Source of the DNA: Trichoplax sp. H2
Taxonomy: Eukaryota
Length of the DNA: 28,998 nt
NCBI GenBank assembly: GCA_003344405.1
Contig: NOWV01000248.1
Coordinates: 62,001 to 90,998, forward strand
Direction of reading: 5' to 3'
Part shown: in pieces, positions 11,201-26,200 of the stretch
Layout: the number at the start of each line of letters is the position of its first letter
How positions within the stretch are numbered: position 1 is the first letter of the stretch
Notes under the pieces: generated by a model
Told to the model about the DNA's origin: nothing
Seen by the model: only the letters and a program-made list of their open reading frames with translations
Database searches by the model: none
Program-made: the position numbers and the translations under genes

Positions 11201-14200
11201 GAATCAGTTGTTGGCTATCATCATTAATCCAATTTTTACGTAGGAATTTATGAATAATGTATAAAATACCTATAATTTTTAATAACAGTTCTACGATTTC
11301 AAAGCACAATTTACACTGCTTCTATAATAATATTGAATATAAATAGGTATTTGCAGTCGAATAGAATTTCCTTTATCGACGCAAATGCATTCAAAGGATT
11401 ACGGTCTATATTGCAACTGTAAGAATGATCATTATCCTGTTAGATTTACGATCTAACAAAATCATAATTCCTTTGTGTTAATATAACAATTGATATCAAC
11501 ATTTTTGAACAGATCTTTAAATGAAAATAATCTTGTATACCTTCAAAATAACCTCTTTCCTCCAATGGCAACGCTGAGAGTATTGTATGTTCAGTTTGAT
11601 TCAATTAGGATAACGCTGTGAACTTAAGAAATCGACTTTTATTACAAAAGTTAACTAATTCATATTTCCAAACTAAATTAAATGATTTTATTACCGGTGT
11701 CATACACTAGAGATATCTCACGAAACCAAATTCAACGCATTCATCCTCGAGCCTTTAGAAATTTAACAAAGTTACAGGAATTGTTAGTCGTATGGAAACG
11801 TATCTATTCGATTTTTTATACTACATTATATAGCACTGAAGTTTTTCGTAATGAGAGAGATACATTTAATTAAAGACTAATTCTTGCATATGAGCTTATA
11901 TATTGTCTTCTACTGTCATTACTTCGGGATTACTTTGTATTTGTAGGACGTTATCAATGAATAACATCAACTTGTTGCCTAATAATATTTTCGCTGATTT
12001 ACATGGGCTGGAATATTTGTAAGACTTATTGATGAACTAATTACTATTGTAATAATATAAAAATACTTATCCAAAGCATAATTTTTGTTAAGTTATCAAC
12101 AAGATATGACTTTAAATTTATATATACATATTCACTTTTTTTAATTTAATACATGAAATGCGGTCTAAATTTGATGAATTTAATTTTTTAACCGTTGTTA
12201 AACCATATATAGATCTTCATCCAATGCTAATATTTCACAAATTCAACCTATGTCATTTATGGGTTTATCAAACCTAAGATCACTGTAAGTTTCTACTTTT
12301 GCTTGCAAAATTCGAGATAGAAAACATGTCATGGCCGAGTAGTAGTCTCATGCTATTACTATTTGTCCGCCTACGTAGCCCAAAATTTGAGTTAACAAAA
12401 GTTGAGTAATTCCCTAATGAGACACAATCTTATACTAGAAACAGTACAAGTACACCTTTTCATTCTATTAGCCACCTGCCGCACTACTAGGATGAGCTGA
12501 AAGAATTACAAAACAATTTTGTAATAGATTTAGGGTGCTGTCACAAACTGGCTCTGTGATAAAGATAACGTAAACAAATCTCTAAATTAATGCAGTCTCT
12601 GGGATTCAGTATCCTTTAACTATCTCACAAGGATTTAGACGCCTTTGCTTCTACGTTAAACAACTATAAAACTCTTCTTTTATTCAAATATTTGCCGAGC
12701 TTAAATACCCCTCAGTAGTTGTTATCATGTATGAGTCATAACAGTTCATGAAATTTAGTTTATGTTGAATAGCTAAATTAATACAGAAATTATTCACAAT
12801 TTTAGCCATGTACTGAACGATTCTAGATAATTAGATTACAAAACGTCCATACACAGAATTATTTATAGTATCCTTTATGATTGAATATCTTTAGGATTTT
12901 CATCAAACGCGATACAAGACATAACACTTTTATCAATTAACATTAGCTACCGTATAGAAATTCTTACTACAGTACAGCATAACTTACTATAACAAAATAA
13001 TAACTACCGTCGTTCTTACTGTAAGTCATTATTAGCTATCTCCATATAAAAATCTTAACCGCTAAATTCAGTCATTTACTCTTCACGATGGTTCGTACTG
13101 TGACAAGTGTGTAGACGAAATCTATAAGACACTTTAATTAAATGCTTTTATTTCTAATAATTAATAGCGCAATGACTGACAACAATGTTGATGAAAGTTC
13201 GCCTTGGGTTTTATATTCTTTGTACAAATTAGAATCATTGTAAGAAATATTATTCTTAAAATATATTAGTAGTAATTTATGTTAGCGTAATTTGACCCTA
13301 ACTCTTCTGACTTCTTGATTGCAGAGTTATAACAAACACTGGCTTTTCAAACGCTTCTTACGATGTTTTCCATAATCTAACTCATCTACGATCCTTGTAA
13401 GTAGCTTAGAATGACTTTACTGACTTGCATGGTAAAAAATAATGTCTATACGGAGAACAATAATTTCCAGATGGAAAATGCTTACCAAAGTTAAACTTTC
13501 CATCTGTTTGGAAATTTCTGTGAGTTTCTAAAATGTATACTACAAGTACAACCCAGTACTATACTAGGGTATTGTTACAATTAATTAATTCTTGCGTCTT
13601 CAATGATATAATTTCATTAAGTAATAAATCACACGTTAACACCTAACCATTAATTTAATTTACTACTATTAAATGTCATAGAAAGTGTATTGTAATTTTA
13701 GCTAAATTCAGTATGTAGATTTGGCTATAAATTTATTATTGCTATGCGCCAACGAAGTTTGTGAGGCTATATAAAAGCCACAAAGCTCTTAATTTAGGGA
13801 GTTAACAAGTTAATCGATAAGAGATGGTTACCAGTTGTTAGTATTAGAATGTAAGTTGTGAGTTCAATCGGTCATTTTAATAAATAGTTTATAAAATAAA
13901 GTTTTGATTTTTCACGTAAGTTTTCTATCGCCTAAGAATCGAATTTAAGTTTGGTAGATTAAAGTGTGCATAGCGTTAGTTGCTTAGATTATTAAGACTA
14001 CTAGAGAGGAAAGAATACCGATAATATTTGTATTGTAATCTTGGTTGTGACAGGTATATTAGTCTTTTCTGTTCATAGTTTACTATCAAATTGACTCTTC
14101 ATTTGTTATATCATATCTGCAACTACAGTCTGTCAATAATGCTACGATCAATTACACAATATAACGCACATTAAATAATAGAACGAGCACTGATTAAATT

Positions 14201-17200
14201 ATTAACTTCAGTAATTAATAAGTTAGCGCATGTACTCTGTCTTACTGGCATGCAACCAGTCTAGGAATCAAAGTAATATTGTATCACTTATCAGTTTACC
14301 AGTAAAAACTACGTAAGAAATCGTTCCCAATAAATTTGTTAAATTGGAGATATACAACAAGTATAATAAATTATTATTACTTACATATGATACCTAGCTG
14401 TTGTTCTCATTATTTTAATGGACCATATGAAGTAATGAAATTTATTCTTAAGTTTTAAATTAACTTTAATATTGGATAACCTTTGGCTAAAATTCGTTAT
14501 ACAATTTTAGAAACATTGCCGGTTGCGGTCTCAAAAAGATTAAAGCAAGTTTATTCAAAAACTTGAATCTATTAACAAACTTGTAAGCTTTCCATAAATG
14601 ATTTTACTTTCCAGTTCGATATAATTTAATTACGGTACAGATATATTTATATATATTATACATATACTATATCTTAAAATTCTATATAGCAAGATCTCTT
14701 ATTTATTGCAACAAATGAAGGTTTATTTATTTAGTAAATGTATCCTTTACGTTTAATTTGAAGAATACATTGCAATTCTAAAATCTTATTATTAGATGCT
14801 GGAGCTCCATTTTATCAACTTAGATTACTGAGTCATACATTGATGATTTTAAAAACAAATCATATTTGCATATAATTTTAGTCATTGTTTTAGACATTTG
14901 ATAACCTAGTTTCTTCGCCTCGAGTAGGCAAATAATATCTGTTTGCCTAACGGTGCATAAACTAGAGCTTGAATTATTTCATATACATACATGTACTAAA
15001 TAAACATATTTAGAGGGTTATTCTAACATATTTTAAGTTAGATCACAAACTATACTGAAACTACTTGTGTAAATTGCTAGACATATCACGATAATTAGCT
15101 AAAATGGTCAAGCAAAAATAACTTAATATATACTTCATCAAGGCAGTTTATGTCATTATTGGTTTATAGTTCCTATTATTTCAAGTATATCTTTCATTTT
15201 AATTTGTTTCTCATCCTAAAAATTATTATAGAAATCTTGATAACAATGAGTTAGAAATTATCAATAACGAAACATTCTTGGGCCTATCTAATTTAAAGAA
15301 ATTGTAAGTACTATGATTATAGCGTCTTCTAAACTGGAAAAATAAATTCTTTACATGCTGCTTCAGGGCATGCTAATAGTCATTTTTGGATCATTCTAGA
15401 ATTTGTTGTTTCCTTTAACTGATAACTGTACATACAATTAAAGGTATAAACAGCACAATCTACACCTTGCTAGTTTTCTACAAAGGCCATTTGCTACTGC
15501 CACAAAGTAACTATATTACATAGGAACCGTAACATATTTACCTACAATAACTTATACTATCGAGAAATTCTCTCGATTGCACTTTATCTGTAAAACTTTA
15601 CATAGTCTTTTAGATAACTAAATCATTTAATAGCAGTATTCATGCCCTGCAAATATAACTAATGTTATTAATATAGAGGTAATATAAATTTGACCAATTT
15701 TTCAATGAGATTTAGTTAAATTTCGTTTAAAGAAGACTAGTGATTTACTTTCATATCCGAATGACAGGAGATCGTCAGCATTTGGAGCCGTATTGTAGAT
15801 AGATATCAAGAAGGGTAGCTTAATCATAATTCATAAAGGAACTTCATAACGTAGTTACTATAACTTTGAGTGCCATATGAAATTAGTAAGCCTAATACTT
15901 CAGTAACTATTATTCAGTCTATTACTTTTGCATTTAAATTAACTAATGTTATCAGAGGTTTTACAACGCCTCTAAATTAGATTTATTTTCAATTCTACTT
16001 TTTATAGATCCCTTCAAATGAATAAAATATCCTATATAGCTACTAGCGCTTTTTCGATGTCGCCTTTATTGGACACATTGCAAGTTTATTGTCTTATTAC
16101 TTTCTCAGTATTTCTGGATATAATTATTTAATAAATTGATTAACCATTTCAATTTTTTAGGTATCTGAGCGGCAACAATTTACTTATGAAAGATTTCTTT
16201 TCCATACAGTTCATGGGAAAAATTCTGTTCGTAAATGATAACATAATTATTTTACTAGCGATACTCTTACATTCATAGATAAATCGGTGGGATAGATCAG
16301 TGATAGCCAAGGCTCATATTTATATTGATATCACTGTCAGGCCATAAAAATGCACCAATATGTACTTTCAAATAATTTGATATCTGTAAGAACAAGCTGA
16401 AATACCCGTATCAAATATATTATACCTATTTTAATAATCCATCGATGGTTATGTTTTCTATACTATTTAATTAGACTATAGAATAATGAACAGGTCTTAG
16501 CTGTTTTAATAAATAGTCAGAGCATGTCTAAAATTCGTGTACAACTTTATATAAAACTAGTTAATCAAATACTGTACTGATTAATTAATCGTGGCAGATT
16601 CTGATAATTCATAAATCTAGTCCCTAAATTAGCTATAGAATATTTTTATAGTTATAACCATCTTACAAGATATAAGTTCAGTTTGTTCGATTAAATTATC
16701 AAAGATATATCTATGAACTTTAACTAATTATTTACAACTACCAGTAAACGGTACATTCATAGCACGGACTATGATTAATTATTTAACAATTTTTATTTCA
16801 AAATGCTATTATGTGATAAAACATTAAAATTATTACAATCTGTCCTTAAATAATTTTATATCGGCTAGGAGAATGTCTTTTAACAGGCTTCATGAAATCA
16901 ACTTTCAAAAATTTCTTGCTATCGACACTTCTATTCTGTGTGTTCCCTATACTCTAGTACTTTTTGAAAAATTTCTTATTGTGATGGTGTATGTTCAGAA
17001 ATGAAATTAGTAATCATCTTTCCAATATTATTAACTATTGACTAGAGATTTAAGCTGGAATAAAATTAGACATATTCACAACTTTCCATTCATGCCATCG
17101 TTATCGGAAATGTAAGTGAAGCAATCTATATACAGTAAATACCTATCAATTAATCAAGCTTATAACATTCAAAAGTAAAAGTATAATTGTTATATCAGGA

Positions 17201-20200
17201 TTGATTGAGATTTAGAGATAACTCAGCTTTGCTTCTTATATGCACTATATAAGTAAGCTTCATATCTTTGCTGATGTAATTGATTTATCCTTGGCCATCA
17301 TATTTCATAATCAGAAACTTATCAGATAATCGAATTTATTCTGGTTCAGAAATAAATTTAGCTAATTTAACTGGGCTACAAGCCATGTAAGTACCCATTT
17401 TATCCAATCAATATTTTTATAGCTAGTCTGTATTTCTTATTTGGGAGAAATGAAGCCTTACGGTAACAAATCTGATCAATATGTTAATATCATTTATTTA
17501 TAGTAATTTAAAGAGCAATGGAATCATTTCTATTTCCAGCTCTTTCTTCAAGAGCCTACGGCATTTATCAAATTTAACCATCATGTAAGTTGACATAAAT
17601 AAAATTTTTGCAAAGCACTAAAGAGCCAGACATGCTCATTATATCCGAGATTATGGCATAAAATAAGAATGCAAAGTATCTGTATCCTAATCCGTGTTAG
17701 GCTAACAAATCCATTAGAAGATTCATTGCTAATAAGAACTGCTGTTTCAATACTAGTTTCTGTCCTGATATATTATGTACCTCCTATTGCTTTTCATCAC
17801 AAAATTGTTGATTAACGTGACAACTTTATTATTCCCAGTATTACGTGTAGCTACTGAAATATTCATTGTACTATAGAACAGTGCAGTAGTTACCAGATGA
17901 TTGCAATTATTAAGTTGATGTAGAACAGTACCCCCACGTGTAGATAACCTTAAATATCTGGTATTATGTGTCGCCAACTATACGGTACGAATTGTAGCTG
18001 AGCTGGTATTTAAGGTTGAGCTCATAAAATAAAAAGTATCTTCTTTACAGGAATCTATGTTTTAGGTTGCGTCTCTATATTGACTAAAGAGTTAACACCC
18101 AGCTAAGACTAAAATAATTTTTTCAATTAGGATAATTCAAATATGAATGAATTTTGCTTAATTATTTAGCGAATAGATAAACTGTTGCTTTTAGTAATAT
18201 TAATACTTCGACAATACCTCTAAGAATTAGTTCTAGGACAAGAGAGTCTACTGACTATATAGCAGCTGAACTACAAGCACTATTAAAATTGTCCTAACCG
18301 CTATGTTATTCCTGATCATTATTATATTCATTACTCTTATCGCTTCGTTATTTAATAAGCGAATTGTTATGACTTTATTATGCCAGTAATATTATAAACG
18401 CGATGACTGTTACCTGATTCTACCAGACTACGAATATCTATTATAATTTATGCGAATGAGTTATGTAGTTAGGTTTCTAAATTATTGATGCCATTTCGAA
18501 AACTTAATTAAAATTCCCTGGTTAAATCACTAAAATCTATGAGTATTCCGAATAGAGTTTACTTTAAATGTTATTTAGCGCGTTACTGTAGCAAGTTGTA
18601 ATTCAATAAAATCAAATTCACCACTCTGAAAGCAATGTTTCTGAAAGCAAAGCTTAGGTTACAGAGACATTAAATTATGATGATATTTCTTACATTTTAG
18701 GACGTTAAGTTTTAACAAGATAAAGTCCATAGCTGACAATGCCTTTATGTTCTTAAATCTCAAACGCTTGTAAGTCTCGTATATTATAAAAATTAGATTT
18801 CACCTGATATACGAATATAACATAATAACTGCTAGCTTAACATCCTCAATATGACCAGACCGTTTAAATAATCATCAATAATTTGTTCTGCCAAGAAATG
18901 CAATATAAAATGAGTTATTCTCTATTTGCACGATTGAAGAATATAAGCAGCTAATAATTTTCTGCTTTTCAAAATATGGTATTAAATATTTTAGTCTAAG
19001 ATTTTTACTTATCCGTCCTGCAAGATGTAATGTTAAGATACTTCAATTATTTGCCAATTTTGTAGCTTAAAGAAAAATGGCGTATAATTTAACAGTAATC
19101 GTAAATACCCATACATAAGATATGTCTGCATTGATTTCGGGTCAATAATTATTGCACTATGTCACAAATTATCTCATTTTAGAAGTAATAAGCTTCACAA
19201 TATCTGTACCTTTGAGTAATTTGATATCTTGAGCTAGATACTTTAATAGTCGAATCAACTCGCAAATAAGTTTCTTTATTCTTAGGCCACGAATAATTAA
19301 GTATATATTAATTTCATTATGGGCCAGATCTATGGATTCTAATACTTATAGAGGAAATTTAATCAGTATTTAATGTCAATGTAGTATTCATAGCTATTAT
19401 TACACATTCTAAGTCTAAATTTTTAATGAAGAAAATTAAAGTAAATTGCTCACTAAGAGCCTACTGATAGGTTTATCTTTCTAAAATCTGCCAATAATAA
19501 GACCTTAAATACTGACGAATTTCCCATCGTCAGAAAGTTACAGTAAACCACTAGTCTCGCTTAGATAAAAATTGAACCCAAGCTTATAGAAACATCAGTC
19601 AATTTATAATTCTGTCACAATAATAATAAATAAGAATGCATAGATGTTATTATAAAGCCATGCAATCATCTTATAAAAGCATGTAAAATATCAAAGATAA
19701 ATTAATGTTAACACATTCCTACTATAGATAAGAAGTCTTATTAAAATCATTTTTAAAGGTTACTATGTAACATTACTTTAAAAATGTAATCCACAAGAAC
19801 TATAGATGTCTTGATTATAATGTTTACTAGGGATTTATTTTCCAATTTGCTAATCCAAATAAATTTTTTGGCACCGCTAAATAACTTGCAGATCCTGTAA
19901 GTAATGCGAGTTAACTTGGTCATAATTTATTTTAATGCATATATGTCACAAAACAGCTTTGCAACAAGATAACGTAATATACGATCAATAAGTCAATTCC
20001 TTGAACTACGTATCAAGGAACGATATCTGCACTATCACGAGCACNNNNNNNNNNNNNNNNNNNNCTATGTAACATTACTTTAAAAATGTAATCCACAAGA
20101 ACTATAGATGTCTTGATTATAATGTTTACTAGGGATTTATTTTCCAATTTGCTAATCCAAATAAATTTTTTGGCACCGCTAAATAACTTGCAGATCCTGT

Positions 20201-23200
20201 AAGTAATGCGAGTTAACTTGGTCATAATTCATTTTAATGCATATATTAGTTAAGTATGATCGTAAAATTTGGCCTATTAACGTTGTAATCATAATTATGA
20301 GATTTATCATATTGTATCCTAGAATTAATTCGTATTTGTGAACAAACTTGCATTCAAGAACAGACAATAAATTTCTATTCTAATTTTTTATTAGCGAGTT
20401 GGGAAATAACAAAATTAGAAAAATAGTCAAAAATGACTTGCAATATGTAAAAAACTTGAAGATTCTGTAAGTAAAAATAAGAAAACTATGCTATATTCAT
20501 GTTGTGGTGAATTTTAATATGCAATCCTATTGCATTTTAAATAATAACTACAATAAGATAGCTTCAAAGTGGAGTTTTATTCGAAATGTAAGGCTATTTA
20601 ACTATGATTTACTGGCGATGAAGTTATTTAGTTAAGAACGAAATTTCTCAGATTGAAGGAAATGCTTTTGAAAATCTTCAAAATCTAGAGAAGCTGTAAG
20701 TAAATTAATCGTGCAAATATGTATCTATTAACATATTAATAGCTTTAAATTAATTCGAGTCATTTTACAGGTTATAGCTATAACCACATACTTAATATCT
20801 AAAGAATTCTTATTACATAATTTTTATTTCGTATTTCATATTTGTAATCATGAACTTATAATTCAATTCAGCAATCTATCCTCTAATCCTTTATCACAAC
20901 TTCCGCCCGATACTTTTAATGGTTTACATAACCTATCTTTTCTGTATGTAAATCATCAGATCCATTGCAAATATCTAGCTTACGTATTTATTTAATTCAA
21001 TTCCATTTGGTAATTATATTTATAGAGTGTTAAACAGCTGTGAAATCAAAAATGTAACCTCCCTATTTCATGATTCATTATCTAACTTAAAATACTTGTA
21101 AGGCAGCTTAGATATTTTATTACAACGATTAGATATTCGATTTATAGATATTCAATTCATTAAAGATTTGTAAGAAATTTGATATAATTGTAGTCAAAGT
21201 GCGCTGTTAAATTTTCTTTATCCAGGTCCTTAGCCAACAATCATCTTGATTCTGTTCATAGTGGAATTTCTGGTGCATTAAAATCTCTAGAATCTTTGTA
21301 CGTGTATGCCATACAGCGATAAACATTAATTATAATACGTATGCACAATATAGATTATATCAATACAAGCGTTTAGATGCATTATTTAAGTTAAATTTTT
21401 CTTTTCTGTATTTTTAAACTACCTTACCTTACATGGAAGAATATTGGACAATAATCATTTGGTATCGTTTGGCGCTCATGAACTTGAAAACTTTACAAAC
21501 ATAAAGTTGATGTTAGTCTAATTGTGATACTTATACCAACTTTAATCTCAACATTATAATAAGAAATTGTAGACTCGATAATTAAAATTATTTCCTCTAA
21601 TTTAGATCTCTTAATAATAATAAACTAAGAGAAGTCCATTTGCTTCCTTTCTTCAAAATTAGAAGTTTGAAACATTTGTAAGTGCAATTTGATCAAATTG
21701 ATAACCAATTTAGATTATTGTTTACAAATGACCGGAAAGTTGATGCAGTAGTTTTCTTTATAAGGCGATTTTTTTTTCATCCTGTTAAAACCAATCTCAT
21801 AACAAGTTGCCACAACTCAGTAGTTGGAAGGAACAAGAAAAATTTAAGTTAACTTAAGACACAAACTCAAGTTATGAACTAAAGTCGTTAACAACAGTTA
21901 TCTTTATTTCAAGAAAAACTCTAGTTATATAGAAAAGTAAACGTAAACCTGTTAATATGGCCATCTCTATCTCTTAATTCAGTGTTCATTATCCTAGTAA
22001 ATACTCGTATGTAAGCAGAATTTCCTACATTATCCCACTTTTTCTAAAACTTTTGTCTAGAACAATGTTTGGCGACCATAATATTCAATATTTAATCATA
22101 ATCATAATATCAAAATACTCTAATTACGATTTTACTAATTCAGTATCAATAAAATATCGGTATTACCAACTATATAAAGATCTTCTATTAACTCCGTAAC
22201 AACTTAGACGCCTTTGCTTTTACGTTATAGGACTGAAGATTTTATCTTATTTAATAGTCTGCCCAGCTTATATACTCTTCGGCAGCAGTTAATATTGATA
22301 GATCATCTTTACATTCTCAGAGTTAATTTTTACTTAGCTACTGAATTAATACAACAAGATTCACAGTCATAGACATCTACTGGCCAATCCTAGATAACTA
22401 GACTACAGTATGTCTATATACACAAAACCATTTATAGATGATACAACTTCTAATGGGTTAATTATCAAGACTACAATTACAAGAGGTAGTCCTATAGTCT
22501 ATTAATCTCCATTACTATTTAAGAAATCTTATTACAGTACAGCATGTGATTTACTGTGGCTGATCATAACCATGGTGGTTCCTAGTGCAAGTACTTTCTT
22601 GTAATCACTATATATAAGTTTTAAAATTCACAAAGTTTAGCTATCTGTTATTTACGGTAGTACTTACCATTCTGTTCTCCTATAAAATTGTTTTACATTT
22701 ACTATATATAATTATATTAATTACTGTCTTGGTAGCATGCTACAAGTAGTGGCATACTAACACATTTTAACGCTTGAAATAGCTACCGTGTTGCCGCGGT
22801 AGAGCCTTTATCGTGAAATACCTACATACCGTGTTGTTTACGCCTATTGCAATTGTGATGAGGTGTCTTCTCAAAAATACAACAAGAACTACAGTTTCTT
22901 GTAAATTTCACTTTGTTTCATAAGATCAGGTTCCTCTTACAACTACCAAAGACTATCTACCTACAATCAGACTATCTCTGGACTATTTGAATTGTTATAG
23001 CAATATTAACGATATATATAAAATTAGTAACACAATGATATTCCTTCAAATAGAATCATATCTTACCAATTAAGTCATGAAATCATATCTAAATCTACTA
23101 TCGTGCTATCAATTCATAATTTACGCATCCAATTGAAGCGTCATAATGCACGTCTCAAAGTACTAACATGCTTAGCGTAATCTATTATTATCTCAGAATC

Positions 23201-26200
23201 TTAATATAAGCATCTCAATGGAATTACTACAATACGTACTGTTAACATCTTCGATAATTAGATACCTATGCAATCTTACATTATAGCGTACAATTCATCT
23301 TTTTTCGCACAATCCTATAATCTTAGTCGTATGCTTATTTGGGGCTGCACTACATGTATATGCCTCATAAAATAGAGTATAGGAGCATTTCAAATTCTAA
23401 CAGTAATGTATAAGCGAAGTGAAGGCTTACACCTTCGTAAATGAAATAATTTTTATACCGTACAATTAATTAACTTTGACTGAGCTTAAGAGAAGTCTAT
23501 TATTAACAATATTTGGATGAGTTGTCATCACTTGATTCGACAGCTCATCTAAATCTATTTGTTTTATCTGCATTTCAAGTTTCACTATGAATTTAGCGTA
23601 AGAGATTGGGAGAAAGTTCAGCGCTGTCTGTAGTTAGTTCAAATTATTTCTCGTTCATAGCAGTAACCATTCTAGTATTTCTTTAACTGTTAATAATTTT
23701 CGTCATATTTAGAATACGTTTAGCATTGACTCTTTACTACGTAGCTTCAGAGGATTATTCCTAAAAATTTTCAGAAATATCGAATAGCAATCTATTTATG
23801 TCTGATCAACCGGTAGAGCGTTGAGTTTTTTAGTGAAGAATAGGATCAATACTGCTATACGAGTATTCTTTAGTCGTCTGTGTTACAATCGTATGAAATT
23901 CTTCTAAGGCATTTTATTATACACTTCTGTGCTATATTTCAAATACTTTATAAATGATATTTTCTAATGCATTATTAAGTTAATATTGATGCTTCTCTTT
24001 TTAAATTTGATGTTGTCATTAGAAAATTATCTAATGTAGGAACAATCGTATTTGATGACCATGTGGAAAGCATTCACTCGAAACTGATATCTCTGTAAGT
24101 ATTATCGTATCATAAGCCGAAAATGTATGATGTATACTGCAGTATACATGTATCCTCCACTCTCTCTATCGCCTGATCGGCTCAAATTCTGCTAGATGGA
24201 ATCTGCAGGAGATTGTAGAAACCGCATTTTGGTCCCTAGATTATACTATTAGAGAATAAATATACTCATATACGGCTACCCTTCGTAGATACCATCTAAG
24301 CCAATGTAGCTAACTTAAGTTATCCAGGCAAATTTTGTACCAAACTTTGCTTCCACTATCCATAATCATGGTAGTTTAACAGTGACGTACAATACAATAC
24401 CTAAAGTCTGTCGTATTCATACTTTAATGCAACAGTAAGATAGTAATCATAATGGATATATTCCGATATTAGCATAGTAATTATTAAATGATGTGCATCA
24501 GAGAGCAAGATTTAGTTAGACATCTTTGCTGTAATTTAATTTATTCGTAAGTATTGAATTTATTAAAAAAGGTACTAATTTTTGGAGTAACATCGTTTTT
24601 AAATAATAATTGATAATGAATATGCTCCTAGTACAACATAATGCACGGATGTTGCCAATTTTTTTCTAATCGTGATCACGTATTATCACTCAAAATATTC
24701 AGTCTTAGTTAAAATCCTGCTTAAACATAGAGTCCGATTCAAAAGAGACTGATCGCAGAGTTGCTATTAAAACTATTAAATTCATGTTCCGATCTAATTC
24801 ACCGTAAGATTGGCAATGGTCATTTCCGTTTCACATAACAGTATAAGGAAGAATTAATGTTGATGGAATTTACTTATAAAAATATATCAGGTTATAGATA
24901 ATTAACATGATTCGTAATTTTTTTGAATTAATTACGACATTTAGAGATTTAAGCTATAACAAGATAAAGTCAAATGTTGATTCGTGGTCTTTAAGACACC
25001 TAAATGAGCTTTACTCGCTGTAAGTAATGATCAATGTTACTTTGATATATCACAAGCACCATATGTTGCTCTAGCAATATCCACCAATTATAGTAGTAAT
25101 ATGTTTCTAGCTGTAATAGGAATATGAAGTAAAACACAATATTATGTAGAATAGTCGGCCATACTCATATATTAATCGTAAATGAAGGCTGGTAAGATAA
25201 AACAGTATTCTTTTACTATTTGTGCTAGTGGGGTGTACTTAAAAAAGGTTAAAATCTAATTCATTACAGATAAATATTGGCTATCTTGCCTTACGATTTA
25301 AATTTAACCTAAACTTTCTTCTTCTTAATCACTAAAACTGCAGCTATTGATGTAATGATTTTGCAGATAATTTTGTGAATGGTTAATTTCATTCATCGAT
25401 TTAATCAAACCCTTTTCAATAATACAAATACTAGTGTGTCAATATCTATTTAAGATAAATAATCTAAAAGGGGCGTATTTCGATGAATAATTAACATCTC
25501 ATCAAGTCGCTGCTGCGCATAAAGGTTTAATTTCACGATTTATTTTTATTCTAGTGATATATCTGGAAACAAATTCAAATACTTTCGTCTAATATTTGAA
25601 GATCTATTGAGAAAGAAACTGCGAGTAATGTACGTATTCATCTATGAAAGCTGCTAAGTAAGATTTCAGTAATAAATAGATTTATACATGAAGTTGAGTT
25701 ATCTGCATGGTAATCTTAGATGGAAAAATATATATGTAATCGAAGGTGTAAGCATTGTTCAGTGTAACTAGTCTTCAACAAGAATTTTAATTGATAATGC
25801 TTTTCATAATTACGCGTATAATCGAAAGATCAGGTATAGGATTTCATCTGATGAGTTACCTAAGTGTGCTATCATGATGATGATGTTGCTTGTATTATTA
25901 TTTTAAAACTGTTTTGGTGGCAGAACCAGCAAAGTGTAGACTTTAGAATTTCCGTACATCTCTTCATTGCAGTGCGTAATATTGACTAGGCCTGCAAATA
26001 ATGATAAGCAAACAGTGTTTTACTGCAGCAGCGCTGCAGTTATTCCACCACTGCCTTTTAATTTTGTAATTATTTCATCTATCCAAGCAAATTGGCTAAT
26101 ACTGATGCAACGGTTGACGAAATAGAGAAATCCATCGAAATACAAGTTCCTAGATGTCATGATGAGGGTACGCATGTCGAAGGCGTTAGACCTAGCTGTA

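Larger units (their letters stand above)
19763..20246. repeat. 182-bp near-exact duplication (19763-19944 = 20065-20246, one mismatch) flanking the gap
   Basis: Direct comparison, offset 302. Confidence 0.95.

Noticed and set aside
12891..12965. LRR-looking peptide LGFSSNAIQDITLL
   Set aside because: Lies inside the LTR-like repeat, has no phase-2 acceptor in register, and the frame from the nearby AG hits a stop.
15498..15960. TGCCACAAA terminus-like motif (also at 2582 and 21808)
   Set aside because: No matching second terminus with TSD, and no clear internal similarity to the LTR family.
17753..17977. 74-aa antisense ORF in intron
   Set aside because: No recognisable motif or splice support.
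20133..20198. Counting the second copy of exon 24 as a 41st LRR
   Set aside because: Exon and flanking intron are near-identical and abut a gap; best explained as the alternative haplotype.
21298..21439. Possible U12-type intron (ccttaccttac before the acceptor)
   Set aside because: The donor is GTACGT, not the U12 consensus RTATCCTT.
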